A stretch of DNA of 64,000 nt from a virus (taxonomy: Duplodnaviria; Heunggongvirae; Uroviricota; Caudoviricetes): IMG/VR virus record IMGVR_UViG_3300037067_008064, positions 224,001 to 288,000 of that record, one strand, 5' to 3'. A program made the translations under genes and the position numbers. Positions 1-10,169 of the stretch are shown here, one piece after another (positions within the stretch are counted from its first letter, which is position 1; every line of letters begins with the position of its first letter). Under the pieces are notes generated by a model that worked only from the letters and a program-made list of their open reading frames with translations, ran no database searches and had not been told where the DNA came from.

Positions 1-3000
1 CATATTACCATGTACATCTAAAGTAGCTCTTATTACTCTAGCATCTGTATAATTAGGTAAATAGTCTCCTATACCTACACTACCATTTATTATAAATTTA
101 TTATTATCAAATTCACCGTATAATAATGGTTTATCTGTACTTGAATTAGCAACAATAAACCTATCACTTTCTTTATAAAACGCAACATCTGCATTACCAA
201 CGTTATGACCAACTGCAACATTTCTTTGCCCGACTGTATTAAAGTTTAATCCATTATTTCCAATAACAATATTACTACTTAAAACTTCTGCTGGCTGTCT
301 AGATAATCCATTATTATTTAATACATTATATCCAATTACAATATTATTATCTACTTGATTTGCATTCTGTAATGAATAAGTTCCTATTGCAATATTATTA
401 GATGAGTCACCAGCATTTTCCATACTATATGAACCAATAATAATATTTCCATCATTAATGATTCCTTTACCAGCATATCTTCCTATTGCTATATTATACC
501 AACCAATAGAAGTATCTCCTAATGCACCCGCTCCTATTGCTATATTATACCACCCAACAGAAATATCACTTAATGCACCAACTCCTAAAGCAATATTAGC
601 TGAAACAAAAGCATCTACACCTAATGTAAAATTATTATTACCAATACCAATATTAAGATGCTCATCTAAAAGATAAAGTGTTTTATTTTCTAACCATTTA
701 AGATTAGCATCACCACCAAAAACACCAGCATTATTCCATTGTATTGATCTTGATGGAGCTGCGGGTGAACCACCAACTACACTCACATCAATAACTAATA
801 AACCGCTATCCCAACTAAATTGAGCTCCAAGACAAACATCTTTTATAAATGTTGTGCTTACATCAAATATAGGACCATTCCAATATAATGTTGTACCTAA
901 AGATGCACTTCTTATAAATTTTCCTAATGAACCATCTACATAAGTATAAGATGTTTTAGTATTTAAAGAAGCATTAATATATGAATATACGCTTGAATAA
1001 TCAACATACCATTGTTTAGATGTTATATCAAATAATAAACCTGTTCCCAATGAAACACATTTAACATATTGCCCTAAAGATGTATCAACATATAATTGAC
1101 TTACACCAGATGAAGACCCGCCGCTTACATCCCATTGTTTTGTTGAATTATTAAAATTAAGACCAGAACCCATAGATGCAGAACGAACAAAATTCTTTGC
1201 AGCAATTTCTAGTGTATAATTATATAAATTAGTTGAAACATTTGATGCATAGGAATACCAATTAGTTGATACATTTAATATCATTGTATAAAGTGATGCA
1301 TCAGCATGTTGTAAATTAATTATGTATTGATATAAATCCGCAGTACTAGAATCTATTAGATTAATAGAAACATCTAATTGTAAATAATCTCCGGTATCAT
1401 TTATAATAATACCATTTCCTTCAACTAATTGTTTAAATTTTAATGTTGTTACATTATTATTAATGGCTGTACTTGAATAAATTCCATAACCTTGTGAACC
1501 TAAATTTTCACCAGTTACATTACCAGTTCCATAATTATTGAAAGTATTTAGTATGGATAAATATTGAGTATATATATCTGTATATTGATTAGATATATCA
1601 TTAATGATACCTGTTTGAGCATTTAAAATTTCTACTGATTTGTGTAATTCCCAGAATATATTTGAAAAATCATCCAACTGTGCTGAAGTAGCCATGTCAA
1701 CAATAACAGCAGCTGTATCATCAATCATATTATCTGATTTAATATTTATTCTTAAGTTATATGAATTTCCAAATCCATAAGAAGTACTTTGAATTTTTTC
1801 TAAAGAAGGAATAGTAATAATTTCCCCTGTTGAAACAGGAGCATCTAAAAATAATATACCTAGTAAATTTACTGCTAATGGAGTTGTAGTTGTATCTAAG
1901 TTTCCTGTTTTATTATAAATATCATAGTAAACAAGTACTGCATTAAAATTAAAATTATCATTTAGTGAATATGTTATAGCCATATCATCATATGATAATT
2001 CTGTTATACTTCCATAAAGATTATTATAAGCATTAGTTAAATCATTAATGTTATTAACAACTGATAAACAATCTATTTTTGAACGTAAAAATTCTACAGT
2101 GGGTGTGCCATCATATTTTAATTTAGTATTATAATCTCCAACAATATAATTAGATGAATCTATTATATAAGCATTATTTCCGGGATTAATAATTCCTTCA
2201 TCAGTAAACCACCAACCAGGTTGTAATGCACTTGAATCATCATAATAATATAAATCATAACTTCCACCATATACACTAATGGAAGTACTTGAATCTAAAA
2301 TATCATAATATGCATTTAAACTTAATCCATCGGGTTGTGGTTTAACATAAGATTCTCTTCCTAATATACTTGCAGCACCATTAGAAATAATTTTTGAAAA
2401 ATAATAATTATCATCTGATACGTGTTCCCAAAATACATTGGTTTGACCGTGTGAAGTTGGAACTTGTAAATAAGTTTCATTAAAAGTTCCAAAGGTATCT
2501 GTTCTTAAATTTCCGGTGGTTGATAAACCAACGTATTTAACAACCTTTTGATAACCATTAACTTCGGGTTCTTCTATCCAATAATTAGTAGAATTATCAA
2601 ACGTCCATCTTATTGCACCACTTTCTTTTAACCATTTCCAAAATACTCTTTCTGAAACAGTTTTTAATAATGCAGGATTATAACTTGTTTGGTTTAATAA
2701 ATTAGCTTCAAAGTTAAGAGCATAATTTTGAAAACTTTCGGCAATTAATACTCTTCCGTCTTTAATATTGGGGGCATTTTGCTCATATTTAAAAGCACCT
2801 AATATATCTATAATATTAAATCTGTTTGTGTTTACTGATACATCATTTGGATCTAAATAAACAGATGGGATATCTAATAAAGCAAAATGTCTTATTGCAA
2901 CATCATTTTTTCTTTCTGAAATATTTATTCCAATGTCTTCTACTGCACTAGAAAAAGTATAAAATGTTCCTCCATTTACTCTTAATCTTTTTACAAACGG

Positions 3001-3021
3001 TGTTATTCTATTATTACTCAT
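1..3021 (-). CDS. Large tail fibre/structural protein, runs off the left edge (>1007 aa); YadA-head-like NIAIG repeats near the window edge
   Basis: Absent from the ORF track, consistent with no stop in the window. ATG at 3021 gives MSNNRITPFVKRLRVNGGTFYTFSSAVEDIG; the same frame ends ...RATLDVHGNM at base 1. Repeats NIALGVGALSDISVGWY / NIAIGAGALGDTSIGWY / NIAIGRYAGKG. Only parts were translated by hand. Confidence 0.8.
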   Translation of the reverse strand, partial: MSNNRITPFVKRLRVNGGTFYTFSSAVEDIGINISERKNDVAIRHFALLDIPSVYLDPNDVSVNTNRFNIIDILGAFKYEQNAPNIKDGRVLIAESFQNYALNFEANLLNQTSYNPALLKTVSERVFWKWLKESGAIRWTFDNSTNYWIEEPEVNGYQKVVKYVGLSTTGNLRTDTFGTFNETYLQVPTSHGQTNVFWEHVSDDNYYFSKIISNGAASILGRESYVKPQPDGLSLNAYYDILDSSTSISVYGGSYDLYYYDDSSALQPGWWFTDEGIINPGNNAYIIDSSNYIVGDYNTKLKYDGTPTVEFLRSKIDCLSVVNNINDLTNAYNNLYGSITELSYDDMAITYSLNDNFNFNAVLVYYDIYNKTGNLDTTTTPLAVNLLGILFLDAPVSTGEIITIPSLEKIQSTSYGFGNSYNLRINIKSDNMIDDTAAVIVDMATSAQLDDFSNIFWELHKSVEILNAQTGIINDISNQYTDIYTQYLSILNTFNNYGTGNVTGENLGSQGYGIYSSTAINNNVTTLKFKQLVEGNGIIINDTGDYLQLDVSINLIDSSTADLYQYIINLQHADASLYTMILNVSTNWYSYASNVSTNLYNYTLEIAAKNFVRSASMGSGLNFNNSTKQWDVSGGSSSGVSQLYVDTSLGQYVKCVSLGTGLLFDITSKQWYVDYSSVYSYINASLNTKTSYTYVDGSLGKFIRSASLGTTLYWNGPIFDVSTTFIKDVCLGAQFSWDSGLLVIDVSVVGGSPAAPSRSIQWNNAGVFGGDANLKWLENKTLYLLDEHLNIGIGNNNFTLGVDAFVSANIALGVGALSDISVGWYNIAIGAGALGDTSIGWYNIAIGRYAGKGIINDGNIIIGSYSMENAGDSSNNIAIGTYSLQNANQVDNNIVIGYNVLNNNGLSRQPAEVLSSNIVIGNNGLNFNTVGQRNVAVGHNVGNADVAFYKESDRFIVANSSTDKPLLYGEFDNNKFIINGSVGIGDYLPNYTDARVIRATLDVHGNM

Positions 3022-3037
3022 TATTGTTTATATTTTT

Positions 3038-3727
3038 TTAAAAATTATTAATTATTCCAGTCCAAATTTTATAATCATAAACTTTCCAAACAGAGTTTGA
3101 TGCAGATGCATCTGCATATGTACAAATGAAACTCACCGATATTGTTGAAGAATCGGTTACTGTTTGAATACTAAATGTATTATCACATGGGTCTAGTCTT
3201 ATATAAAATGGATCTCCTAAAGTCCCATATGATGTATCAAAAATAAATGATACAATTTCTGCTAAAGTATTTGTATTTAATGCAATGGATGCATCGTTTC
3301 TTATTTTATAATATGAAGTTGAAACATCAATATATTTCCAATTAGTTGGTTCCCATGGATTACTAGCATCTCTTGGTTTAAAAGGAGCTCCATTATATGC
3401 ATTAACATATGCTAAATCAGATGTTATAACCGTATTTATTTGTGTTGTTCCAAGAATTATTAAATCTCCTTGAACAGTTAAATTTCCTGAATTTCCGCCT
3501 GCTTTTGATATTGTAGCTTGTCCTGTAATTAAATTACCAAGTGTTCCTGAACTTGCTTTAACAGAGCCTGTAGTATTTACTGGTACTTTAATATATCCTT
3601 GGTTTCCAAATGAAGGGTCATAAAAAGTATGAATATAATCTTTAATTGCAGAATAATTATAATTAAGCATATTTGGGTATTCTCCAAAGAACGTATCCAA
3701 ATAGAATGGTTTTAAATCTAGACTCAT
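3038..3727 (-). CDS. Virion structural protein, D-x-S rich
   Basis: ORF track 3038..3772; likely start at 3727 (MSLDLKP), just downstream of a GAATATATAA promoter motif; beta-rich, upstream of the fibre gene. Confidence 0.6.
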   Translation of the reverse strand: MSLDLKPFYLDTFFGEYPNMLNYNYSAIKDYIHTFYDPSFGNQGYIKVPVNTTGSVKASSGTLGNLITGQATISKAGGNSGNLTVQGDLIILGTTQINTVITSDLAYVNAYNGAPFKPRDASNPWEPTNWKYIDVSTSYYKIRNDASIALNTNTLAEIVSFIFDTSYGTLGDPFYIRLDPCDNTFSIQTVTDSSTISVSFICTYADASASNSVWKVYDYKIWTGIINNF

Positions 3728-3833
3728 AATAATCTTTTTTATTATATATTCAAACAAAAAATTTATCTGCAATTTACACCAACTATTAATAATTAAAATT
3801 TTTATAAGAATATATAAATATATAATATAAAAA

Positions 3834-5036
3834 TTGAAAACTTTAAAACAACATATTAGAAAACTTTCTCAAGAACAATTTGATGAATTAAACTATTTAA
3901 CTCATGAATCAAATAAACTTTACAATTGTGCTCTTTGGATAGTTAAAGAATATTTTAAAGAAACTAATAAATATATTGGATATAATAAATTGTATCATGA
4001 AATTAAAAATAATATTCATTATCAAAATTCTAATTCTATATGTGCACAGCAAATAATTCGTTTAGTAGATAAAGATTTTAGATCTTTTTTTGCTCTTTTA
4101 AAAAGAAAAAATAAAGGAAATTATATAACAACAATTAATACTCCAAAATTTAAAAAGAAAAATTCACAATTTATATTATCTTTTACAGGACAATCAATCA
4201 GTTTTAAAAACAATATATTAAGAATAACTAAAAAAATCAAAATTCCATTTTCTTATAATTTAAATGGAACAATTAAACAAGTTATTATAAAACCAACTAA
4301 AAATAATTATTATGTAATATGCATACAATATGAAGAAAATAAAAAAGAAAATTTAAATCTATCTAAAGATAATATTTTAGGAATAGATTTAGGATTAAAT
4401 AATTTAGTTTCTTGTTTATCTAATATTGGGACCTCATTTATAGTGAGTGGCAAACCATTAAAATCATATAACCAATATTGGAATAAAAGAAAATCACTTA
4501 TTCAATCAGAACTTCAATTAAAGAATAAAAAGAAACATTCTAATTTATTATCACAACTTTCTATAAATAGAAATAATTATATTGACAATTATTTAAATCA
4601 AACTATTGCTTTAATTATAAAACAGTGTAAAGAAAATAATATAGGAAAAGTAATTTGTGGATATAATGAAACATGGAAGAAAGAGATTAATTTAGGAAAA
4701 GTTAATAATCAAAGTTTTACTAATATTCCACATCAGTTGTTTAAACAAAAACTAGAAAATAAGTGTAAAGAATGGAATATAGATTTTATTTTAACTAATG
4801 AAAGTTACACTAGTAAATGCTCATTTTTAGATAATGAAAAAATAAATAAACATGAAATTTATTTAGGACAAAGAATTAAACGAGGTTTATTTAAAACTTC
4901 AAAAAATATTTTATGTAATGCTGATATTCAAGCAGCAGGAAACATAATAAGAAAAGTAGTTCCAAATGCAAAATTTGTTGATGGAATAGAGGGTGTTACA
5001 ATTCATCCTAAAGTGTTAAATTTATTTAACCTTTAA
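3834..5036 (+). CDS. tnpB: IS200/IS605-family TnpB RNA-guided endonuclease (orphan, IS1341-like)
   Basis: N-terminal HTH (SNKLYNCAL), RuvC-I GIDLGLNN, ESYTSKCS, R(I)KRGLFKT, RuvC-III NADIQAAGNI; no tnpA adjacent. Confidence 0.92.
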   Translation: MKTLKQHIRKLSQEQFDELNYLTHESNKLYNCALWIVKEYFKETNKYIGYNKLYHEIKNNIHYQNSNSICAQQIIRLVDKDFRSFFALLKRKNKGNYITTINTPKFKKKNSQFILSFTGQSISFKNNILRITKKIKIPFSYNLNGTIKQVIIKPTKNNYYVICIQYEENKKENLNLSKDNILGIDLGLNNLVSCLSNIGTSFIVSGKPLKSYNQYWNKRKSLIQSELQLKNKKKHSNLLSQLSINRNNYIDNYLNQTIALIIKQCKENNIGKVICGYNETWKKEINLGKVNNQSFTNIPHQLFKQKLENKCKEWNIDFILTNESYTSKCSFLDNEKINKHEIYLGQRIKRGLFKTSKNILCNADIQAAGNIIRKVVPNAKFVDGIEGVTIHPKVLNLFNL

Positions 5037-5090
5037 AAATCAATTGTATCTTCATTTTTACAACAACTGACCAAGTTTATTTTTTGGGAT
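4960..5090 (+). ncRNA. Probable TnpB omega/reRNA region overlapping the tnpB 3' end; boundaries uncertain
   Basis: TnpB guide RNAs derive from the element right end; GATGGAATAGAGGGTG...CATCC segment at the 3' end; structure not resolved. Confidence 0.4.
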
Positions 5091-5135
5091 TAGATATATA
5101 ATTTATAATTTATAAACCCTCTAAATAAAATAATT

Positions 5136-6341
5136 ATGTCAATTATTGATTTGAACCAATTCCATTGGGAAACTTATACAAATGGATATGTTGGTGGAAA
5201 CAAACTAATTAAAAACTCCAAGATTAAAAAAACAAATTTAAAAGATAAAATTTATTCGCATGAAATTTATGCGGACGAATTGTATAAAAAATTCTGCATA
5301 AATGATAATTTTGTTAAAAAAGATGTAGATGTCGGTGATTGTATTCAAGTAACTAACATAGTATTAATGGATAATAAAATATCACTAGAATTAATGGGTG
5401 GATTATTTGTAGATTTTGATTCAACACGTGAAAAGAAATTTATACAACTATTTGGATATGAAACAATAAAAGAATTTGAAGAAGTTTTAAAATCACCAAC
5501 TAGCAGAGAAAATTTTATCAATCAAAAATTTAATGTAATTGTTATTGAATCAACTCCAGTTGTTAGAGTATCTTTATGGCAAGGTTATATAGAATCATTG
5601 AAAAAAGAATTTTTAGATCAAATTAAAAATCCAACTAATGTATACACTGCTAAAATAACCGAAGCTAATAAGGGTGGTTATTTTGCTAATATAAATGGTG
5701 TTGATGCATTTATGCCCGGAGGACAGGCTGCTCCAAATAAGTTACTTGATTTTACTTCTTTAATTGGAAAAGAAGTTAAAGTAATGATTGAAGATTATTT
5801 GCCTGAAAAAAATTCTTTTATTATATCTCACAAAAAATACTTAGAATATATTATTCCAATTAAACTTAAAGAATTAGATACTTCTATAAAATATAAAGGT
5901 ACAATAACAGGTACTTCTAATTATGGTATTTTTATTGAATTCGGAGAAATATTTACTGGATTACTACATACATCTAAAATGTGTCCGACAACTCTTAAAT
6001 TATTTAATGACAGATATTTTAGAGCAGGTATGGAAATAGAATTTTATATAGATGAAATTCAAAAAGATCTTAGAATTATTTTAACTGAACAATCTCCTGA
6101 ATTAAAATTACAAAAGAATTTAGAATTTATACAAAAAAATAAAGATAAAAAAATTGAAGGTAAAATTATTTCAATATTTAATTCAGGCATTCTTATTGTG
6201 TGCGATGAAAACATTGTCGGAATTCTCCCAGGAAAATATTTTAAAAATTATAATATGAAAAAATATAATATAGGAGATACAATTTTAATTATGTTTGAAG
6301 ATTATAAAGATAATCGTTTTAGTTTTAAACCAGGATTTTAA
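5136..6341 (+). CDS. Ribosomal protein S1-like multi-S1-domain RNA-binding protein
   Basis: Tandem S1 repeats: AKITEANKGGYFANINGVDAFMPGGQ, GTITGTSNYGIFIEFGEIFTGLLHTS, GKIISIFNSGILI. Confidence 0.85.
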   Translation: MSIIDLNQFHWETYTNGYVGGNKLIKNSKIKKTNLKDKIYSHEIYADELYKKFCINDNFVKKDVDVGDCIQVTNIVLMDNKISLELMGGLFVDFDSTREKKFIQLFGYETIKEFEEVLKSPTSRENFINQKFNVIVIESTPVVRVSLWQGYIESLKKEFLDQIKNPTNVYTAKITEANKGGYFANINGVDAFMPGGQAAPNKLLDFTSLIGKEVKVMIEDYLPEKNSFIISHKKYLEYIIPIKLKELDTSIKYKGTITGTSNYGIFIEFGEIFTGLLHTSKMCPTTLKLFNDRYFRAGMEIEFYIDEIQKDLRIILTEQSPELKLQKNLEFIQKNKDKKIEGKIISIFNSGILIVCDENIVGILPGKYFKNYNMKKYNIGDTILIMFEDYKDNRFSFKPGF

Positions 6342-6969
6342 TTTTCTTGCTGACCCAATATTTTTTGCATTTAATACTAATTTTCTTTTTAGTTTCTTCG
6401 GTTTGAATTTTACCTAACATTGGAGGAATTCGTCCAGCACAAGATTTACTTAATTTAATTTTAGTTTCTTCTGAAAATTTTCTTCCAATACAAGACTTAC
6501 TTATTTTTATTTTAGTTTTTTCAGAAAGAATTTTTCCTATTTGCCATTTACTCATTTTAAATTTAGTTTCTTGTGTTCTTTTTTTACCTATTAATTTTTT
6601 CCTTCTTTTTTCAATCGTTTCTTTTGATTGTTTTGACCCTTTAAGTGTTTGTTTAATTTTTTCTTTAGTTTCTTTAGAATGACACCCATTAAAACCTAAT
6701 CCACCCATAGGACTTATATTATAACCGTTTGGAACTAATGTATTATATTCTTTTATATATTTTTCTTGATTAAGAAATGCTTCATTTCTTTCATTAAAAT
6801 ATTCTAATATTTCTTTTTTAAAATTCTGTTTACCATATTTTTTAAAAGCATTAATAATATTTCCACTTCCCAAATATCCATCATCTAAATTATCTGTTGA
6901 ATGGTCACCAACATAATGCTTTCCATTAATTAAATTAGTTGTTAAATAAACATAGTGAAATTGTTTCAT
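6325..6969 (-). CDS. GIY-YIG homing endonuclease with NUMOD3 repeats
   Basis: YVYLTTNLINGKHYVG, YLGSG, PNGYNISP, repeated SEETKxK. Confidence 0.9.
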   Translation of the reverse strand: MKQFHYVYLTTNLINGKHYVGDHSTDNLDDGYLGSGNIINAFKKYGKQNFKKEILEYFNERNEAFLNQEKYIKEYNTLVPNGYNISPMGGLGFNGCHSKETKEKIKQTLKGSKQSKETIEKRRKKLIGKKRTQETKFKMSKWQIGKILSEKTKIKISKSCIGRKFSEETKIKLSKSCAGRIPPMLGKIQTEETKKKISIKCKKYWVSKKIKILV

Positions 6970-6992
6970 GATTCCTATCTCTTATTTTATTA

Positions 6993-7080
6993 AATATATA
7001 ATTTATAAGGTGGACAGCATTTCCTATCCAATGTTGTTTTATTTTAGTAGAATAAAACTAACACCTTATATTTATATATT
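6993..7080. promoter_or_regulatory. Branched inverted-repeat element upstream of the GIY-YIG gene
   Basis: Arms AATATATAA-tt-TATAAGGTG (6993-7012) and CACCTTATA-t-TTATATATT (7062-7080) enclose two possible inner hairpins. Confidence 0.6.
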
Positions 7081-7117
7081 CATTTTTAATTTTTAAATAT
7101 ATAAATAAAATATAGAA

Positions 7118-8500
7118 ATGAAACAAAAACACTATAATATTCTAGAAGTTTTTTTTGGAACAAGTTTAGGATTCGTATTTGAATTTTATTCATCTAAAGA
7201 AACTAAATTCATTATTGAAGATTTAGCAACACTAACTTCTAAAAATGTTATTGTTACTAATGATTATAATTATTCACCATCATATACAACATCTATATTA
7301 TTAAAAGAATTTGAAGGTGATAAACCAAGATATAAATTCTTACTTCATAAAGATAATTATAATTATACTACATCAATATTATATCCTTTATTAGAATGGA
7401 TAACTAAAAATGCAATTACAGATAGAAATACAAAAATGCAAGTTATTTTATCATTTGATAATTCAAAATTAGAAACTCTCAATACGATTTCTAATATGGA
7501 TATTAATAAAATGGTATTAAAATTAGATGAAAACTATATACAAATGAGATTTCCTGAATTTAAAGATTCACCTTATTGTATGTCAATTAAAAAATTAATT
7601 CCAAATTCTACCAAACTTGATTTTAATTCATTAATTGAAAATTTAAATACTTCTTTTATTGTTCCTATTAATAAATTTTATGGAATAGATTTTAGTGATT
7701 ATACATTTGGAGATTTAAAATTTAATTATATTGGTGGAAAAGATTGGTGTGCTAAACCAAATGAAATAAGAGAAGTACTAGAATATTTAATTATAACTAC
7801 TTATGGTGTATTAAATGAACCTGGTTATGGACTATATGAACAAAGTGAATTAAAAAGATTATCTGATGTTTATCAAAAATGGTTTAAATATTATGCAGAC
7901 CCAGTATCTTTTATTAAAGAAAATCAAAAAATTAAATTGACAGTAGATTTAAAAAATGATATTCAAAATATAAAAACCTATTGGCAAAATATAAGAGGCC
8001 CATTATTTGAAATTTTAATGGAGAATGATTTACAAAAGGCAGAATTTAACTATGATTCAGAAATAGGTAAATACCAAATTAAGAATGCAAAATTATTCAG
8101 AACGCACCTTAATAATCTAGAACTATATAATTGTGACCTTCATGGTATATTTGAAAATTGTTATATTAAACAATCTAAAATTAATAAATCAACCTTAATT
8201 AATTCAAAATTATCAACTCAAAATGAAGTAACAGAATCTTATTTACAAAATACAAGTGTTAAAAATCCAAATACTTTAGATAAATGTTTTATTTTTAATG
8301 GGCAAGAAATTATTAGTGGAACATTAAAAGAATGTTTTGTAATGTTTGCAACCTTTACTAAGGATGCAAAAATAGATGAATCGTGTATTATTATAAATAG
8401 AATGGATATAGCGTCTAAAATAAATATGAATATGAATACAGGATTATCAACACACGAAATAAGAGATTATAGGTGGTTAAAAAAATTAATGAAAAAATAA
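7118..8500 (+). CDS. Degenerate amidoligase-like protein with C-terminal beta-helix-like region
   Basis: LGFVFEFY and KFYGIDF...LKFNYIGGKD resemble amidoligase GxEFE and EFR motifs with the acidic/Arg residues altered; repetitive C-terminus. Confidence 0.45.
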   Translation: MKQKHYNILEVFFGTSLGFVFEFYSSKETKFIIEDLATLTSKNVIVTNDYNYSPSYTTSILLKEFEGDKPRYKFLLHKDNYNYTTSILYPLLEWITKNAITDRNTKMQVILSFDNSKLETLNTISNMDINKMVLKLDENYIQMRFPEFKDSPYCMSIKKLIPNSTKLDFNSLIENLNTSFIVPINKFYGIDFSDYTFGDLKFNYIGGKDWCAKPNEIREVLEYLIITTYGVLNEPGYGLYEQSELKRLSDVYQKWFKYYADPVSFIKENQKIKLTVDLKNDIQNIKTYWQNIRGPLFEILMENDLQKAEFNYDSEIGKYQIKNAKLFRTHLNNLELYNCDLHGIFENCYIKQSKINKSTLINSKLSTQNEVTESYLQNTSVKNPNTLDKCFIFNGQEIISGTLKECFVMFATFTKDAKIDESCIIINRMDIASKINMNMNTGLSTHEIRDYRWLKKLMKK

Positions 8501-8501
8501 A

Positions 8502-9236
8502 ATGACAAGAGCAGAATTAATAGATTTAATTATTGCTGAAATTACAGCATCATGTGCATTACCATTTTCTCCTCCAAGAGAAGAAATAGATCGTATTATA
8601 ACCGTTGAATTAAAATGGTTGTATAGAGAATATAGAGATTTACTAGAAGAAAAAATTTATTATTTAGATAAAAAATGGTTTGCAACTACCGAATGGAAAA
8701 ATACCAGAACATTTCAAATGCCTGATTGTGTAGAAGGAATTAAAATAATTTTTGAAATGACTGAAGGTCAAAGAGTATTTGGTATTAATGACCCTGATAT
8801 GAAAATGGATAGATTAATGGCAGCTGATTTATATTTAACACCTTTATCAACAGACCAAATTACTTATAGAACTATACAATGGAGTTTCTGGGATTTAGCT
8901 AAAGGCTATAATTTAAAGGATATACAACATAAATTTAATATTAATACAAAAAGATTATTAATAGAAGGTAGAACACCATCACAATCTTTATTTTTAATAG
9001 CAACAACTAAGATTGAAGAAGAAAAAGCATTTGATGATACATTAGTTATTAGATGGATGACAGCAAAAGCTTTATTATCTTTATCTAGAATACTTGGTAC
9101 TTTTAATTATTCTTTAATTGGTGGTGTTACAATATCATTTGACCAATGGAAATCATATGCAGAAGCAGAATTAACAGAATTAAAAGCTAAAATAGCAAGT
9201 GACAATCCTCCTGATTGGTTTTTATTCTTTGCATAG
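8502..9236 (+). CDS. Neck/head-completion protein (T4 gp13-like)
   Basis: C-terminal LIGGVTISFDQWKSYAEAELTELK...PPDWF resembles the gp13 LPGGV...PP.F pattern. Confidence 0.65.
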   Translation: MTRAELIDLIIAEITASCALPFSPPREEIDRIITVELKWLYREYRDLLEEKIYYLDKKWFATTEWKNTRTFQMPDCVEGIKIIFEMTEGQRVFGINDPDMKMDRLMAADLYLTPLSTDQITYRTIQWSFWDLAKGYNLKDIQHKFNINTKRLLIEGRTPSQSLFLIATTKIEEEKAFDDTLVIRWMTAKALLSLSRILGTFNYSLIGGVTISFDQWKSYAEAELTELKAKIASDNPPDWFLFFA

Positions 9237-9263
9237 TACGATGAATATATAAAATAAAAAGAT

Positions 9264-10166
9264 ATGTCTAAACAATTTAATTACGTATATAAAACAACTA
9301 ATTTAGTTAATGGTAAAGAATATATTGGTGAGCATTCAACTGATAATTTAAATGATAGTTATATTGGTTCAGGATTATTACTTAAAACTGCTATTAAAAA
9401 ATATGGTAAACAAAATTTTAAGAAAGAAATTTTAGAACATTTTGTTTCAAAAGAAGAAGCTTTTAATATACAAAAAAATTATATAGATAAATTTAATACT
9501 TTACAACCTTATGGTTATAATATAAGTCCCACTGGTGGTATGCATGTAATGGGGTGTATACATCACTCAGAAGAAACAAGAAAGAAAATGTCTGCCTCTA
9601 TTAAAGGAAAAACATTGGGAAGAAAACAACCACAAGAAGAAATTGAAAGAAGAAGACAAAGTAATATTGGTAAAAAAAGAACTGAAGAATCCAAATTAAA
9701 TATATCTAATTCATTAAAAGGAATTAAATTTACAGAAAAAAGAAAACAAAATATTTCTAATGTTCATAAAGGAAAAACTTTTTTTGCTAAAAACTTTGGC
9801 CCACCGCGTTTTGGAAAAGATAATCCAGCATATGTAGAAGTAAATTCTAATATTATCAATCAAATTATAGATGTTCATATTAATAAACATTTATCTGCTA
9901 AAGCAATTAAAAAAGAACTAAATTTATTAATAAGCTGGAATAAAGTTTTAAAAATATTAAGAGAAAATAATTCTTATAATCCTAATTATCAATATGTTGA
10001 TTCGCAAATTATAAATAATATAATAGATTTAAGAATTAATAAACAATTATCAGCTAAAGATATTAGATTAAAATTAAATTTATCTATTAATGAAAACAAA
10101 ATATTAAATATTATTAAAGAAAATAATGCTTACAAAAAAATAAATAGATATAATAAAATAAAGTAA
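9264..10166 (+). CDS. GIY-YIG homing endonuclease, NUMOD3 plus duplicated C-terminal HTH-like module
   Basis: YVYKTTNLVNGKEYIG, YIGSG, GYNISP; IIDxxINKxLSAK occurs twice. Confidence 0.88.
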   Translation: MSKQFNYVYKTTNLVNGKEYIGEHSTDNLNDSYIGSGLLLKTAIKKYGKQNFKKEILEHFVSKEEAFNIQKNYIDKFNTLQPYGYNISPTGGMHVMGCIHHSEETRKKMSASIKGKTLGRKQPQEEIERRRQSNIGKKRTEESKLNISNSLKGIKFTEKRKQNISNVHKGKTFFAKNFGPPRFGKDNPAYVEVNSNIINQIIDVHINKHLSAKAIKKELNLLISWNKVLKILRENNSYNPNYQYVDSQIINNIIDLRINKQLSAKDIRLKLNLSINENKILNIIKENNAYKKINRYNKIK

Positions 10167-10169
10167 AAT

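Noticed and set aside
458-676. Plus-strand 72-aa ORF with PIAILY repeats
   Set aside because: Antisense shadow of the NIAIG repeats in the minus-strand fibre gene
3834-5036. Cas12f-type CRISPR effector
   Set aside because: No CRISPR array seen nearby
3773-5068. TTTACA(C/A)CAACT on both sides of tnpB as a target-site duplication
   Set aside because: 11 of 12 match in AT-rich DNA, and IS200/IS605 elements do not make TSDs
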